Shown in pieces: positions 28,875-39,403 of a stretch of 44,300 nt of DNA. Numbering within the stretch: the first letter of the stretch is position 1; each line of letters starts with the position of its first letter. The position numbers were made by a program, and so were the translations under genes. The DNA is from Chromatiales bacterium USCg_Taylor (GTDB taxonomy: Bacteria > Pseudomonadota > Gammaproteobacteria > JACCXJ01). A model generated the notes under the pieces. That model had not been told where the DNA came from. It worked only from the letters and a program-made list of their open reading frames with translations, and made no database searches. The stretch lies in contig MUGK01000042.1 of assembly GCA_002007425.1 (NCBI GenBank), positions 1 to 44,300 on the forward strand, written 5' to 3'.

Positions 28875-28967
28875 TTTATTGTGAAGGCAACCGATCGAAG
28901 GCGTGGACAAGAGAACCGTGAGCTTAGAGCTTGCCTGAGAGGGTAAGCCGCCTAAGGGGGATCACCA

Positions 28968-30299
28968 ATGCAGTACCTAAAAATTAAAAATCGCACGGCT
29001 TTTCTACTAGTTACAATGGTGCTTCCGTGGTTAGGGGCTTGCAATGCACGGTTGCAAGAGAATGCCGAAGGACCGCGTGGAGCCCATGGCGCCCTCGATA
29101 TGGATCAGCAAAAAACCCTCCTCGAGAGCTTACTTCCAGAGCGCGACGTAACCCAGTCCCCGCCTGGCGTCGATCCAGGGATCTGGCAACAGCTTGTGAT
29201 CCCGGAGGACAACAAGATGACCCCCGAACGGGTGGCGCTCGGGAAGAAGCTCTACTTCGAAACCCGGCTGTCCAAGGACGGCACCGTGGCCTGCGCCACC
29301 TGCCATGACGTCAGCCGAGGCTTTACCGACCAGCGCCCCGTGTCGGAGGGTATCAATGGCGCCCTGGGCAAGCGCAATGCCCCCACCACCATGAATGCCT
29401 TTTTGCTGCAAACCATGTTTCTTGACGGCCGCGCCCCGAGCCTCGAGGAACAGGCGAAACTGCCCATCGTCAACCCGATCGAGATGGGCCACGCCAACGA
29501 GGGGGCGGCGCTGGCGGCGATCGCTGATGATCCCGAATACCAGCGCATGTTCTCCTTCGCCTATGGGCGGGCTCCGAACTACGACGATTTGGGGCGGGCC
29601 ATCGCTGCCTTTGAGCGTACCTTCGTGTTTCTCGATGCGCCCTTCGATCGCTACCTCGCGGGCAGTCCGGAGGCCATCTCGGAGGAGGCCAAGCGCGGCT
29701 GGAATTTATTCAATGGTAAGGGGCGCTGCATGAGCTGTCACCAGATGAACCCTTCCATTCCCATCGGCAGCGACAATCGATTTCACAATATCGGGGTGGC
29801 GGCGCGCAAGCAAAATTTCGAACAATTGGCGCGCCGGGCGCTCGAGGCCCTGGCGCAGGAAGGGGATATGAAAGCGGTGGATCGTCTGGCGATCGAGACC
29901 GATCTGTCGGAGCTTGGCCGGTTCATGGTCACGAAGGATCGTGCCGACATCGGGGCGTTCAAGACCATGCAATTGCGCAATATCGCACTGACGGGCCCCT
30001 ACATGCATGACGGGTCCATGGAGACGCTGTGGGACGTGATGGATCACTATAACAAAGGCGGCGAGCCCAATCCGTTTCTGGACGGCGGCATCGAACCGCT
30101 GGCCTTGAGCGAAGACGAAATCGATGCCGTCGTGGAGTTCATGTTTACTCTGAGCGACGCGCGCTTGGCGGAGCAAAATCAGCGCGCCTTTACACAACAG
30201 CGCAAGCTGGCCGCGGCGAAGCGCCCCTTCCGCGACACGGCGATGGCCGAGCGTCGCGTACTGCCGTTTGAAGAGCGGGTCATGGGCGGGACCAGATAA
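28968..30299 (+). CDS. Di-haem bCcP/MauG-superfamily lipoprotein (MauG/BthA-like)
   Basis: Lipobox LGAC(25); LGKKLYFETRLS; two CxxCH (CATCH aa109, CMSCH aa254); RNAPT, FLDGRA.SLEEQA..PI.NPIEMG, FHNIG, AFKT..LRNIALTGPYMHDGS, DHYNKGG. Confidence 0.9.
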   Translation: MQYLKIKNRTAFLLVTMVLPWLGACNARLQENAEGPRGAHGALDMDQQKTLLESLLPERDVTQSPPGVDPGIWQQLVIPEDNKMTPERVALGKKLYFETRLSKDGTVACATCHDVSRGFTDQRPVSEGINGALGKRNAPTTMNAFLLQTMFLDGRAPSLEEQAKLPIVNPIEMGHANEGAALAAIADDPEYQRMFSFAYGRAPNYDDLGRAIAAFERTFVFLDAPFDRYLAGSPEAISEEAKRGWNLFNGKGRCMSCHQMNPSIPIGSDNRFHNIGVAARKQNFEQLARRALEALAQEGDMKAVDRLAIETDLSELGRFMVTKDRADIGAFKTMQLRNIALTGPYMHDGSMETLWDVMDHYNKGGEPNPFLDGGIEPLALSEDEIDAVVEFMFTLSDARLAEQNQRAFTQQRKLAAAKRPFRDTAMAERRVLPFEERVMGGTR

Positions 30300-30315
30300 G
30301 TTTGGAGGCACAAAG

Positions 30316-31449
30316 ATGAAACGAACAATCGTTAAGAGCGTTGAGACGAGATACTACGAAGAACGCGAGGCATTGTTCCGTGGCTTGAAAAACCTCGACC
30401 GCCGGAGCTTTCTCAAGCTCTCCGCCGCCGCTGCTGCGGCCGCGCTCGCGCGCGGCGTGGAATTCAACTTGCACAGTTTCCAGCCGGTGCAGGTGGCCCA
30501 CGCCGCGACCGGAGAGGCGGGCCCGGTGGAATTCACCTTCGCCTATATTTCCGACTCGCACCTCTATAAACGCCAGCTCAATGACCGCTTCGTTCGGCAG
30601 TTGCTGCGCGCCGTCGACGACATCAACCACCTGGCCCCGCAGCCGGATTTCGTGCTCTATGGGGGTGATCTCGCGCAACTGGGGCAGCCCTTGGAGCTCG
30701 AGCTCGGCGCGCAGATCCTGAAAAACCTCAAGGCGCCGGTCAAGATGATGGTGGGCGAGCACGACTGGTTTCTGGACATGGGCGAGAAATGGCGCACGCT
30801 GTTTGGGGAACCTACCTATTCGTTTGATCACAAGGGCGTCCACTTTGTCGTGCTCCACAGTGTGATGGAGGATGACTTCTGGAGCGAGCGGGGCATGACG
30901 GGGATGGAGCGGATGCAGACGGTGGCGGGGCTCGACAATGGCATCCAGAGCCGCTTCAAGGTCGGGACGGAGCAGCAGGTCTGGCTCAAGAACAACCTCG
31001 CTGCCTATTCCGATGACACGCCGCTCATCGTGTTCTCGCACTCCCCGCTGTATAAATATTATCGCCCGTGGAACTTCTGGACCGACGACGCCGAGGAGGT
31101 ACAGGCACTATTGCAGCGCTTCAAGCAGGTAGTAGTCGTGCACGGGCACACCCACCAGATACTCACCCATCGGATCGGTAACATCCATTTCCATGGGATG
31201 CTGTCAACCGCCTGGCCGTGGCCCTATGCGCCCGAGGGCTTGCCGGCCCTCACGGTGCAGATGAACCGCGCCGATCCCTTCAATCCCAACGACGCGCTCG
31301 GGGATGGATCGGTCGGCGTCAAAGCGGGCGGCCTCGTCGATAAACTTTACAATCTTTGGAACCGCAACCCAATCCAGGTCACTAGCGCTTATCTCACAAG
31401 CGGGGGAAAAAGCGCCGTGCCGCTTACGCCTAATCTTCAAAGTTATTGA
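30316..31449 (+). CDS. Tat-exported calcineurin-like metallophosphoesterase
   Basis: Twin-arginine DRRSFLK plus AHA cleavage site; metal motifs ISDSH, GGDL, GEHD, FSHSP, HGHTH; GGAGG RBS. Confidence 0.88.
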   Translation: MKRTIVKSVETRYYEEREALFRGLKNLDRRSFLKLSAAAAAAALARGVEFNLHSFQPVQVAHAATGEAGPVEFTFAYISDSHLYKRQLNDRFVRQLLRAVDDINHLAPQPDFVLYGGDLAQLGQPLELELGAQILKNLKAPVKMMVGEHDWFLDMGEKWRTLFGEPTYSFDHKGVHFVVLHSVMEDDFWSERGMTGMERMQTVAGLDNGIQSRFKVGTEQQVWLKNNLAAYSDDTPLIVFSHSPLYKYYRPWNFWTDDAEEVQALLQRFKQVVVVHGHTHQILTHRIGNIHFHGMLSTAWPWPYAPEGLPALTVQMNRADPFNPNDALGDGSVGVKAGGLVDKLYNLWNRNPIQVTSAYLTSGGKSAVPLTPNLQSY

Positions 31450-31474
31450 GAAGTCACCCAAAGAGGATAAGAAA

Positions 31475-32074
31475 ATGCGCACGTTCAAACTTCTCCTAGG
31501 CGCCACCCTCACGCTCGTGTCGCTGATGTGGTCCCCAGGGCGGGCGGAGCAGTCAGGCGGCGATTACCCGGCCGCCGCCAAGCAAGACCCGGGGACCGAT
31601 GACGCGGCCATGGCGCAATGGAAACGCCGCGGCCAAGAACCCGACTGGATGGCCGAAGAGCTGGCCAAGCACAAGGTGCTGATTCCGGCCGACAACAAGG
31701 GTCTTGTTGGCAAGGGCCAGGGATCGACCTACGGTAGCGTTACCCCCGAGGATGTGAAGGTCTGGCAACAAGAGACGTACAAGTTGGCCGTGGAAGGCTC
31801 GCGCATCTTTCACAGCGGCGATCGACTGAAGAGCACTATTGCCGTCTCCTGCGATATGTGCCATCCGGATGGAGCGAATACCCACCCCGAGACTTACCCG
31901 AAGTTTCAGGCCCAACTCGGGCGGGTCGCACTGTTGCGCGACGCGATCAACTGGTGCATCGAAAATCCGGTGCGGGGCAAAAAGCTTGCTCCGGATTCCC
32001 CTGAGATGCGGGCGCTGGAGACCTATATCTATGCCCAGCGCACGGGCACGCCTCTGCAGTACGGAAAGCGCTAG
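31475..32074 (+). CDS. Periplasmic mono-haem c-type cytochrome, SoxA/TsdA-like domain
   Basis: Sec signal peptide; single CxxCH (CDMCH aa126-130); YPKF...LRDAINWCIENPVRG....DSPEMRALETYI. Confidence 0.8.
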   Translation: MRTFKLLLGATLTLVSLMWSPGRAEQSGGDYPAAAKQDPGTDDAAMAQWKRRGQEPDWMAEELAKHKVLIPADNKGLVGKGQGSTYGSVTPEDVKVWQQETYKLAVEGSRIFHSGDRLKSTIAVSCDMCHPDGANTHPETYPKFQAQLGRVALLRDAINWCIENPVRGKKLAPDSPEMRALETYIYAQRTGTPLQYGKR

Positions 32075-32172
32075 GAACTGCCACGCCATTCTTCACCTTG
32101 CTCCCCCGATGGTCCATGGAAGAAGCCGCTTTGACCGCGATTGCAATGCCGGCCCTGCGCGTGTGATCCGAG

Positions 32173-32776
32173 ATGAATGAACCGCTCTTCGCTTCCATGC
32201 AGCAGCACATGATCTCCGACATTGAGGCGCACACCGGCATGTGTGTCGATTTCATCGGAAAATCCACGCTCGACCCGCGTGTGATGCAGGTCATGGCCGA
32301 GATCCCGCGGCATGAATTTGTGCCGGTGGAATTCCAAGACTACGCCTACGCCGACACGCCCTTGCCCATCGGTTATAACAAAACCATTTCCCAGCCGTTT
32401 ATCGTTGCATTGATGACCGATCTCCTGGCCTTGAACGCTACCGACAAGGTGCTCGAGATCGGCACCGGCCTAGGGTACCAAGCGGCCGTCCTCGCGAAGC
32501 TTTCAGCCAAGGTCTACACCGTGGACATTATCGAAGAGTTATCGGAGCAAGCTCAGCGCCGATTCGGACAGTTGGGCTACCGCAACATCGAAACACGCAT
32601 CAGTGATGGCTATTTCGGCTGGCCCGAAATCGCGCCGTTCGACAAAATCATCGTCACCCGATGCGCAAAAACTCATCGTCGTGGTAAGAGATTCCGCGGG
32701 TAGCTTGTCCACCAAGGAAATGCTGCCGGTGCGCTTCTCCGAGCTCGAAAGCGACGCATCCGCGACTCATTGTTGA
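32173..32776 (+). pseudogene. pcm: Protein-L-isoaspartate O-methyltransferase, internally deleted and frameshifted
   Basis: IPRHEFV, AYADTPLPIGYNKTISQP, VLEIGTGLGYQAA, GWPEIAPFDKIIVT. The frame breaks at ~32658, and the family-type tail PDAQKLIVVVRDSAGSLSTKEMLPVRFSELE continues in another frame to TGA 32776. Confidence 0.85.
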
Positions 32777-33975
32777 CCCGCGCGAAACGTTCGCTTGCCC
32801 GGCCGCGGTACCCTCGCAGCCCGGCGTTGACCTAAGCTTTTTCCGATTAAGATGAGGCGCATCACCCGCTCACCCGCGTTCTCCAAGTGCTGCCTCGAGA
32901 GGCGCAAGGCCTCCGCGAGATCCATGTCGCGCGCGGCCACCGCTTCGAGGGCATCAATACCGTGGGAATAGACCCCCCGAGCATCGTCCGCGAGCCCCCC
33001 GCCGATGGCCACAACAGGCACCCTGAATTTCTTGGCCGCCTTCGCGACTCCAGCCGGCGTCTTACCGAACGCGGTCTGAAAATCGACCCGCCCCTCGCCG
33101 GTAATGACCAGATCCGCGTCTCGCAAGTAGCGCTTTAGTTGCGTCGCTTCGATCACCAGATCCACGCCGCGTTTCATCCGCGCCCGGGCGAAAGCAACGA
33201 GCCCCGCCCCTAATCCTCCGGCGGCCCCGCCGCCCTTGAGCTTGGCGACGTCGATGCCGCAATCCCGCTTAATCACCACCGCCGCGCGCCGGAGATTGCT
33301 ATCGAGCAGCTTCACCATCTCCGGGGTCGCGCCTTTTTGCGGACCGAAGACATAGGCCGCGCCGCGCCGGCCATACAAGGGATTATCCACGTCGCTGGCG
33401 ATAATGATTCGGGCTTTTCTCACCCTCGGATCGAGACCGCTCATATCGATCTTGGCGATCTGACCGAGCATACCGCCGCTGCATAGCGTGGTGATCTCCT
33501 TACCGTTGGCGCCTATGAATTTCACCCCGAGCGCTTGCGCCATGCCCGTTCCGCAATCGACCGTCGCCGAACCGCCGATGCCGATAATTATGGACTTGAT
33601 CCCCCTTGACATGGCATCAACAATGAGCTCCCCGGTACCGTAGGTGGTCGTCTCGAGCGGGTTTCGCTCTGCTCTCGGGATTAACGGCAGCCCGGACGCC
33701 TCGGCCATTTCGATGACCGCGGTCTCGCCGTCACCGACAATGCCGTAACGAGCGCTCACAGGTTCGCCACGGGGACCGCGCACCCGCTTTCGCAGCAGGC
33801 TGCCCGCCGTGGCATCGACCAGTGACTGCACCGTGCCCTCGCCACCGTCGGCCATCGGGATCTTGACGCATCGCGCCTTGGGCAGGACACGGCGGATCCC
33901 GCGCTCGATGGCGGTCGCAACCTCTAGGGAGGTAAGATTCTCTTTGAAGGAGTCGGGGGCAATCACGATTTTCAT
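32767..33975 (-). CDS. glxK: Glycerate kinase (GlxK/GarK family)
   Basis: MKIVIAPDSFK, PMADGGEGT, IEMAEASGL, TTYGTGELI, GIGGSATVD, VFGPQKGA, GAAGGLG, TGEGRVDFQTAFGK. Confidence 0.93.
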   Translation of the reverse strand: MKIVIAPDSFKENLTSLEVATAIERGIRRVLPKARCVKIPMADGGEGTVQSLVDATAGSLLRKRVRGPRGEPVSARYGIVGDGETAVIEMAEASGLPLIPRAERNPLETTTYGTGELIVDAMSRGIKSIIIGIGGSATVDCGTGMAQALGVKFIGANGKEITTLCSGGMLGQIAKIDMSGLDPRVRKARIIIASDVDNPLYGRRGAAYVFGPQKGATPEMVKLLDSNLRRAAVVIKRDCGIDVAKLKGGGAAGGLGAGLVAFARARMKRGVDLVIEATQLKRYLRDADLVITGEGRVDFQTAFGKTPAGVAKAAKKFRVPVVAIGGGLADDARGVYSHGIDALEAVAARDMDLAEALRLSRQHLENAGERVMRLILIGKSLGQRRAARVPRPGKRTFRAGQQ

Positions 33976-34041
33976 TATTTTTCCCTGCGATCGGTCGATG
34001 CTCACGGTCCGGACGTTACGCTCAGAGCTTCAGGTTCATGC

Positions 34042-34995
34042 ATGAACGATTTAAGCTTAAGACCGTTCGGGGATTGTAGCAAAGCGCCGCCTACAGTGAC
34101 CCGCATCCAGCTTAGCGATGGACGCCTGCTCGCTTTCAGCGAATACGGGATCCCGGATGGTAAACCGGTCTTTTACTGTCACGGCTTTCCCGCCTCGCGG
34201 CTCGAAGCGCGGCTCCTCGAGCCGGCCGCAGTCAAGCTCGGGCTGCGCTTGATTTCGATAGACCGTCCGGGCTACGGTCTCTCCGATTTTACGCAGAATC
34301 ACACGCTGGCCGCTTGGCCGGCGGACCTCACGCAGTTGGCTAAGGTCTTGGGTACCGAGCGCTTTGCGATCCTGGGCGTTTCCGGCGGTGGTCCGTATGC
34401 GCTCGCGTGCGCGCACGCCATTCCCGAGCGGCTCACCGCGGCCGCCCTCGTCGGTGGCCTCGGACCGGTCTTCGAGCCGTGGGCGATTAAAGGGCAACGT
34501 TGGCACGCCCGGTTCGGCTTTTTTTTAGCCCGGCGGGCCCGCTGGTTGTTAAAGCCTCTCTATGGCATCGGCCCACCCTTCCTCATGGGCAAGTATCCTG
34601 AGATCGCCTATTCTCTGCTCACCGCGCTGGCCGACGATGCCGACCGCGCGGTGTTGACGCGCCCCGAGATACGCCCCCCGATTGTGGCCTCCATGCGGGA
34701 AGCGTTTCGGCAAGGAGCACGCGCGGCTATGCATGAGTTTGCGCTCTATGCGAATCCCTGGGGTTTTGATCTCTCGAACATCGCGCTACCGGTCACACTC
34801 TGGCAGGGTGGCCGCGATCAGGTGGTGCCGCCCGCGCACGCCCGCTACCTGGCCGCTGCCTTACCTCGGTCTGATCTACGCTTGCTACCAAATGAAGGTC
34901 ATTTTTCACTGCCTATCAACTATATGCATGAGATCCTCGGTATTTTGGGGTCAAGTCTCCCACCTTTCACTCCATCCCTTTGGTCACAGGGCTAA
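34042..34995 (+). CDS. Alpha/beta-fold hydrolase
   Basis: HGFPASR, DRPGYGLS, GVSGGG nucleophile elbow, WQGGRD, EGH. Confidence 0.88.
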   Translation: MNDLSLRPFGDCSKAPPTVTRIQLSDGRLLAFSEYGIPDGKPVFYCHGFPASRLEARLLEPAAVKLGLRLISIDRPGYGLSDFTQNHTLAAWPADLTQLAKVLGTERFAILGVSGGGPYALACAHAIPERLTAAALVGGLGPVFEPWAIKGQRWHARFGFFLARRARWLLKPLYGIGPPFLMGKYPEIAYSLLTALADDADRAVLTRPEIRPPIVASMREAFRQGARAAMHEFALYANPWGFDLSNIALPVTLWQGGRDQVVPPAHARYLAAALPRSDLRLLPNEGHFSLPINYMHEILGILGSSLPPFTPSLWSQG

Positions 34996-35045
34996 CCGTA
35001 GAAGACGATACGCCGAATGCCGTAGCAATCATCGTTTGCGTGTAG

Positions 35046-35288
35046 TATGAAGGTCGGTTTTCCCGGCGCTTACCCCAGGATATCCAACGATCTGCTGCCC
35101 GCAAGTTGGAAATGTTGTCCGCGGCGACTCGGCTGGAGTCTCTGAAAGTGCCTCCGGGCAATAAGCTTGAGAAGCTTAGCGGGCATCGAGCAGGTCAATA
35201 CAGCATTCGCATCAACGAGCAATGGCGGCTATGTTTCGTGTGGAACGACGGTGATACCTATGACGTCGAGATTGTGGACTATCATTGA
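35046..35288 (+). pseudogene. higB: HigB/RelE-family toxin, apparently 5'-truncated
   Basis: Frame reads YEGRFSRRLPQDIQRSAARKLEMLSAATRLESLKVPPGNKLEKLSGHRAGQYSIRINEQWRLCFVW...VEIVDYH. It is preceded directly by in-frame TAG 35043-35045, and the usual MIKSF-type N-terminus is missing. Confidence 0.75.
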
Positions 35289-35297
35289 GATCGGTTT

Positions 35298-35600
35298 ATG
35301 AGTCAGCGCGATTTTGAGCCCATACATCCGGGTGAAATCCTCTTGGAAGAATTCCTCAAACCGATGGGCATCACGCAATATCGATTAGCGAAAGACATCA
35401 GTGTCCCTCAACGGCGTATCAGCGAAATCGTTCAGGGCAAGCGTTCCATCACCGCCGATACGGCCGTGCGGCTCGGTCACTTCTTTGGGATGGAAGCCCA
35501 GTTCTGGTTGAACCTCCAAGCGCGGTACGACCTACTCCAGGTGCAACACGCGCTAGCTTCCCGCCTAGAACAAGAAGTCCACCCTTATGTGGCAGCTTGA
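35298..35600 (+). CDS. higA: HigA-family antitoxin (HTH-XRE)
   Basis: PIHPGEILLEEFLKPMGITQYRLAKDI, RISEIVQGKRSITADTA, FWLNLQARYDL; downstream of the toxin. Confidence 0.93.
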   Translation: MSQRDFEPIHPGEILLEEFLKPMGITQYRLAKDISVPQRRISEIVQGKRSITADTAVRLGHFFGMEAQFWLNLQARYDLLQVQHALASRLEQEVHPYVAA

Positions 35601-35816
35601 GATATTGGCAGCCATTCAAGGAGGGGGTAACTACGTCCGGCAACGCTCAGAACATGGGGAAGCTAGCGCCGACCGATCAACACCGTCCAAGGCCATCGGC
35701 TCTCGCGCCACGCCAGGTGATGTGATGCCCCTTCATATTCGATTCTTAAGGGCCTCGCCGTGGGGCGAGAACAGATCCTAGAGGCGCTCTATGCAAGATG
35801 GGAGACTTGACCCCTG

Positions 35817-36660
35817 TTATTCGTGAACAGCTCGATGCAGCAGATCGCCCTCCATCCAAAACTCGCGTCCGAATGGAAAGAGGCCGGGTAAAACCGGTCG
35901 CGCTGCGTTCGGGTTGTGGACGAAGACAAACTCAGGTCCAGCAGCGGGCGGCCGGTTAATCTCATCGGCCCAAGCGTAGAGGATCCCCGCGACATCGCTG
36001 TTCGTGGAGTCCAAGAAGCCGCGCATCGAGACGGTCTCGCCAGATCTTTTCGCCACCTGATCCTGGGCTTTGATCGACCAGCCTACGACCTGTGACGTTT
36101 CGAGATCGACTTCGTACTGTTCTTTACCCAGTCCGTACACCGCCCGGACAACTCGCGGGATTTCTCGCCAACCATATGCGCTCTTGAGCCCACCGGCTCC
36201 AATCGCGACAACGCACGCGTCATTCGCTTCGATGACCCCCTGGGCGCGATACTTCATGCAGCCTTCAGCCTTTGAACCCAGTGCGGTCAGAATCCGCAGC
36301 GTGAGCGAGTCCTCGTTCACCCACATCGGAGTTTCCCTCGGACAGCGTGACCGCCTCAATCCAAACGCGGCTGCCATGGATCAGCAGATCTGGCCCCTTG
36401 CTCCGAGGCATCCTAAGGACTCGAGGGACGAGGGCCACGCCGTTGCGTAGCAGGGCGTGAGTGGCATACAGCTCCCAGTAGGCCGAACGCCACTGCCGCG
36501 TCGCTTTCTCGCGCAGATCAGAATCGAGATAGGGCCCGGCCTCTCGCCATATCTGTTCCACGAAGGCCCGAGCGGCGACAGACATTGGCAATTCGTCGTC
36601 GCGGACGGCGGCGTATCGTGTGTCGCAAACAGGACCGTTGATGAAGAACGATTCACTCAT
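35817..36660 (-). pseudogene. Restriction-endonuclease-like (PD-(D/E)XK-type) hypothetical protein split by a frameshift
   Basis: The 5' ORF (36660) has WELY...GPDLLI...WIEAVT. The 3' ORF continues VNEDSLTLRIL...FVFVHNPNA in another frame; junction ~36315-36330. Confidence 0.55.
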
Positions 36661-36702
36661 TAGGTGAGTCCTCTCGTAGCGATCGCCGGAGCAGGAAAGG
36701 TG

Positions 36703-36758
36703 AGAATGGCGAGAGGCCCGAGGATCGCTCCCCGGGCCTCATCGTTACTCGCCATTCT
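36703..36758. other. Strong stem-loop (terminator-like or repeat element)
   Basis: AGAATGGCGAG / CTCGCCATTCT outer arms; inner GAGGCCCG.GGA-TCGC-TCC.CGGGCCTC. Confidence 0.45.
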
Positions 36759-37197
36759 GTGCCGTGGGTTCCGCTCCTACGCTGGGCGGCGCTGCTGGGC
36801 TTTATTCACGTGATCTCGCGGCTTATCGTGGGCGGGTAGACCTGCCAGCCGCTGCATGCGTTCGATAAATTTGTCATCCGTACATGCGCGCCGCTAGTTC
36901 CGAATCCCAACTATATCTGAGGAAAACCCGGACATCTACTTTCTCGACGGCGCTACCGCCTGCTGCCGTGCCTCCAACACCTCCGCGACGCCCCGCATGA
37001 CGGCATCCCGGCCGATCCACGGGCTCATGATATTTGAGCGCGGCGATCGGTGGTCCTTCGGCGTAATGATGTTGTCTCATGAGCTGCTCCCCCGCGTGTT
37101 CAAATGCTTTAGTCCGGATGATGGGACGCGAATCCGGCCAATACTCCCAACTCGCTCCGCGAGGCATTCTACCTCGCAACGCGCTACCCTAGGCAGG

Positions 37198-39370
<2,173 letters not shown>

Positions 39371-39403
39371 TAGCGCGCCGTTTAGGTGCTATAAGGAGGT
39401 CAA

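Larger units (their letters stand above)
34947..35814. mobile_element. ~868-bp segment bounded by REP-like inverted repeats and carrying higBA
   Basis: GGGGTCAAGTCTCCCA (34947-34962) and TGGGAGACTTGACCCC (35799-35814) are a perfect 16-bp inverted pair, extending imperfectly to 24 bp. Confidence 0.6.

Noticed and set aside
36948-36960. ops-like GGCGGTAGCG on the minus strand
   Set aside because: Not in the leader of a long operon and no JUMPstart context; likely chance in GC-rich DNA.
37110-37136. Weak resemblance to the reverse complement of a tRNA 3' end (tRNA-Leu often lies upstream of queA)
   Set aside because: Too many mismatches, including in the T-loop and CCA end, and no cloverleaf can be built. 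tRNAscan-SE or ARAGORN would settle it.
36997-37197. 67-aa N-terminal extension of QueA
   Set aside because: QueA homology starts at ATG 37198; the upstream part is open by chance.
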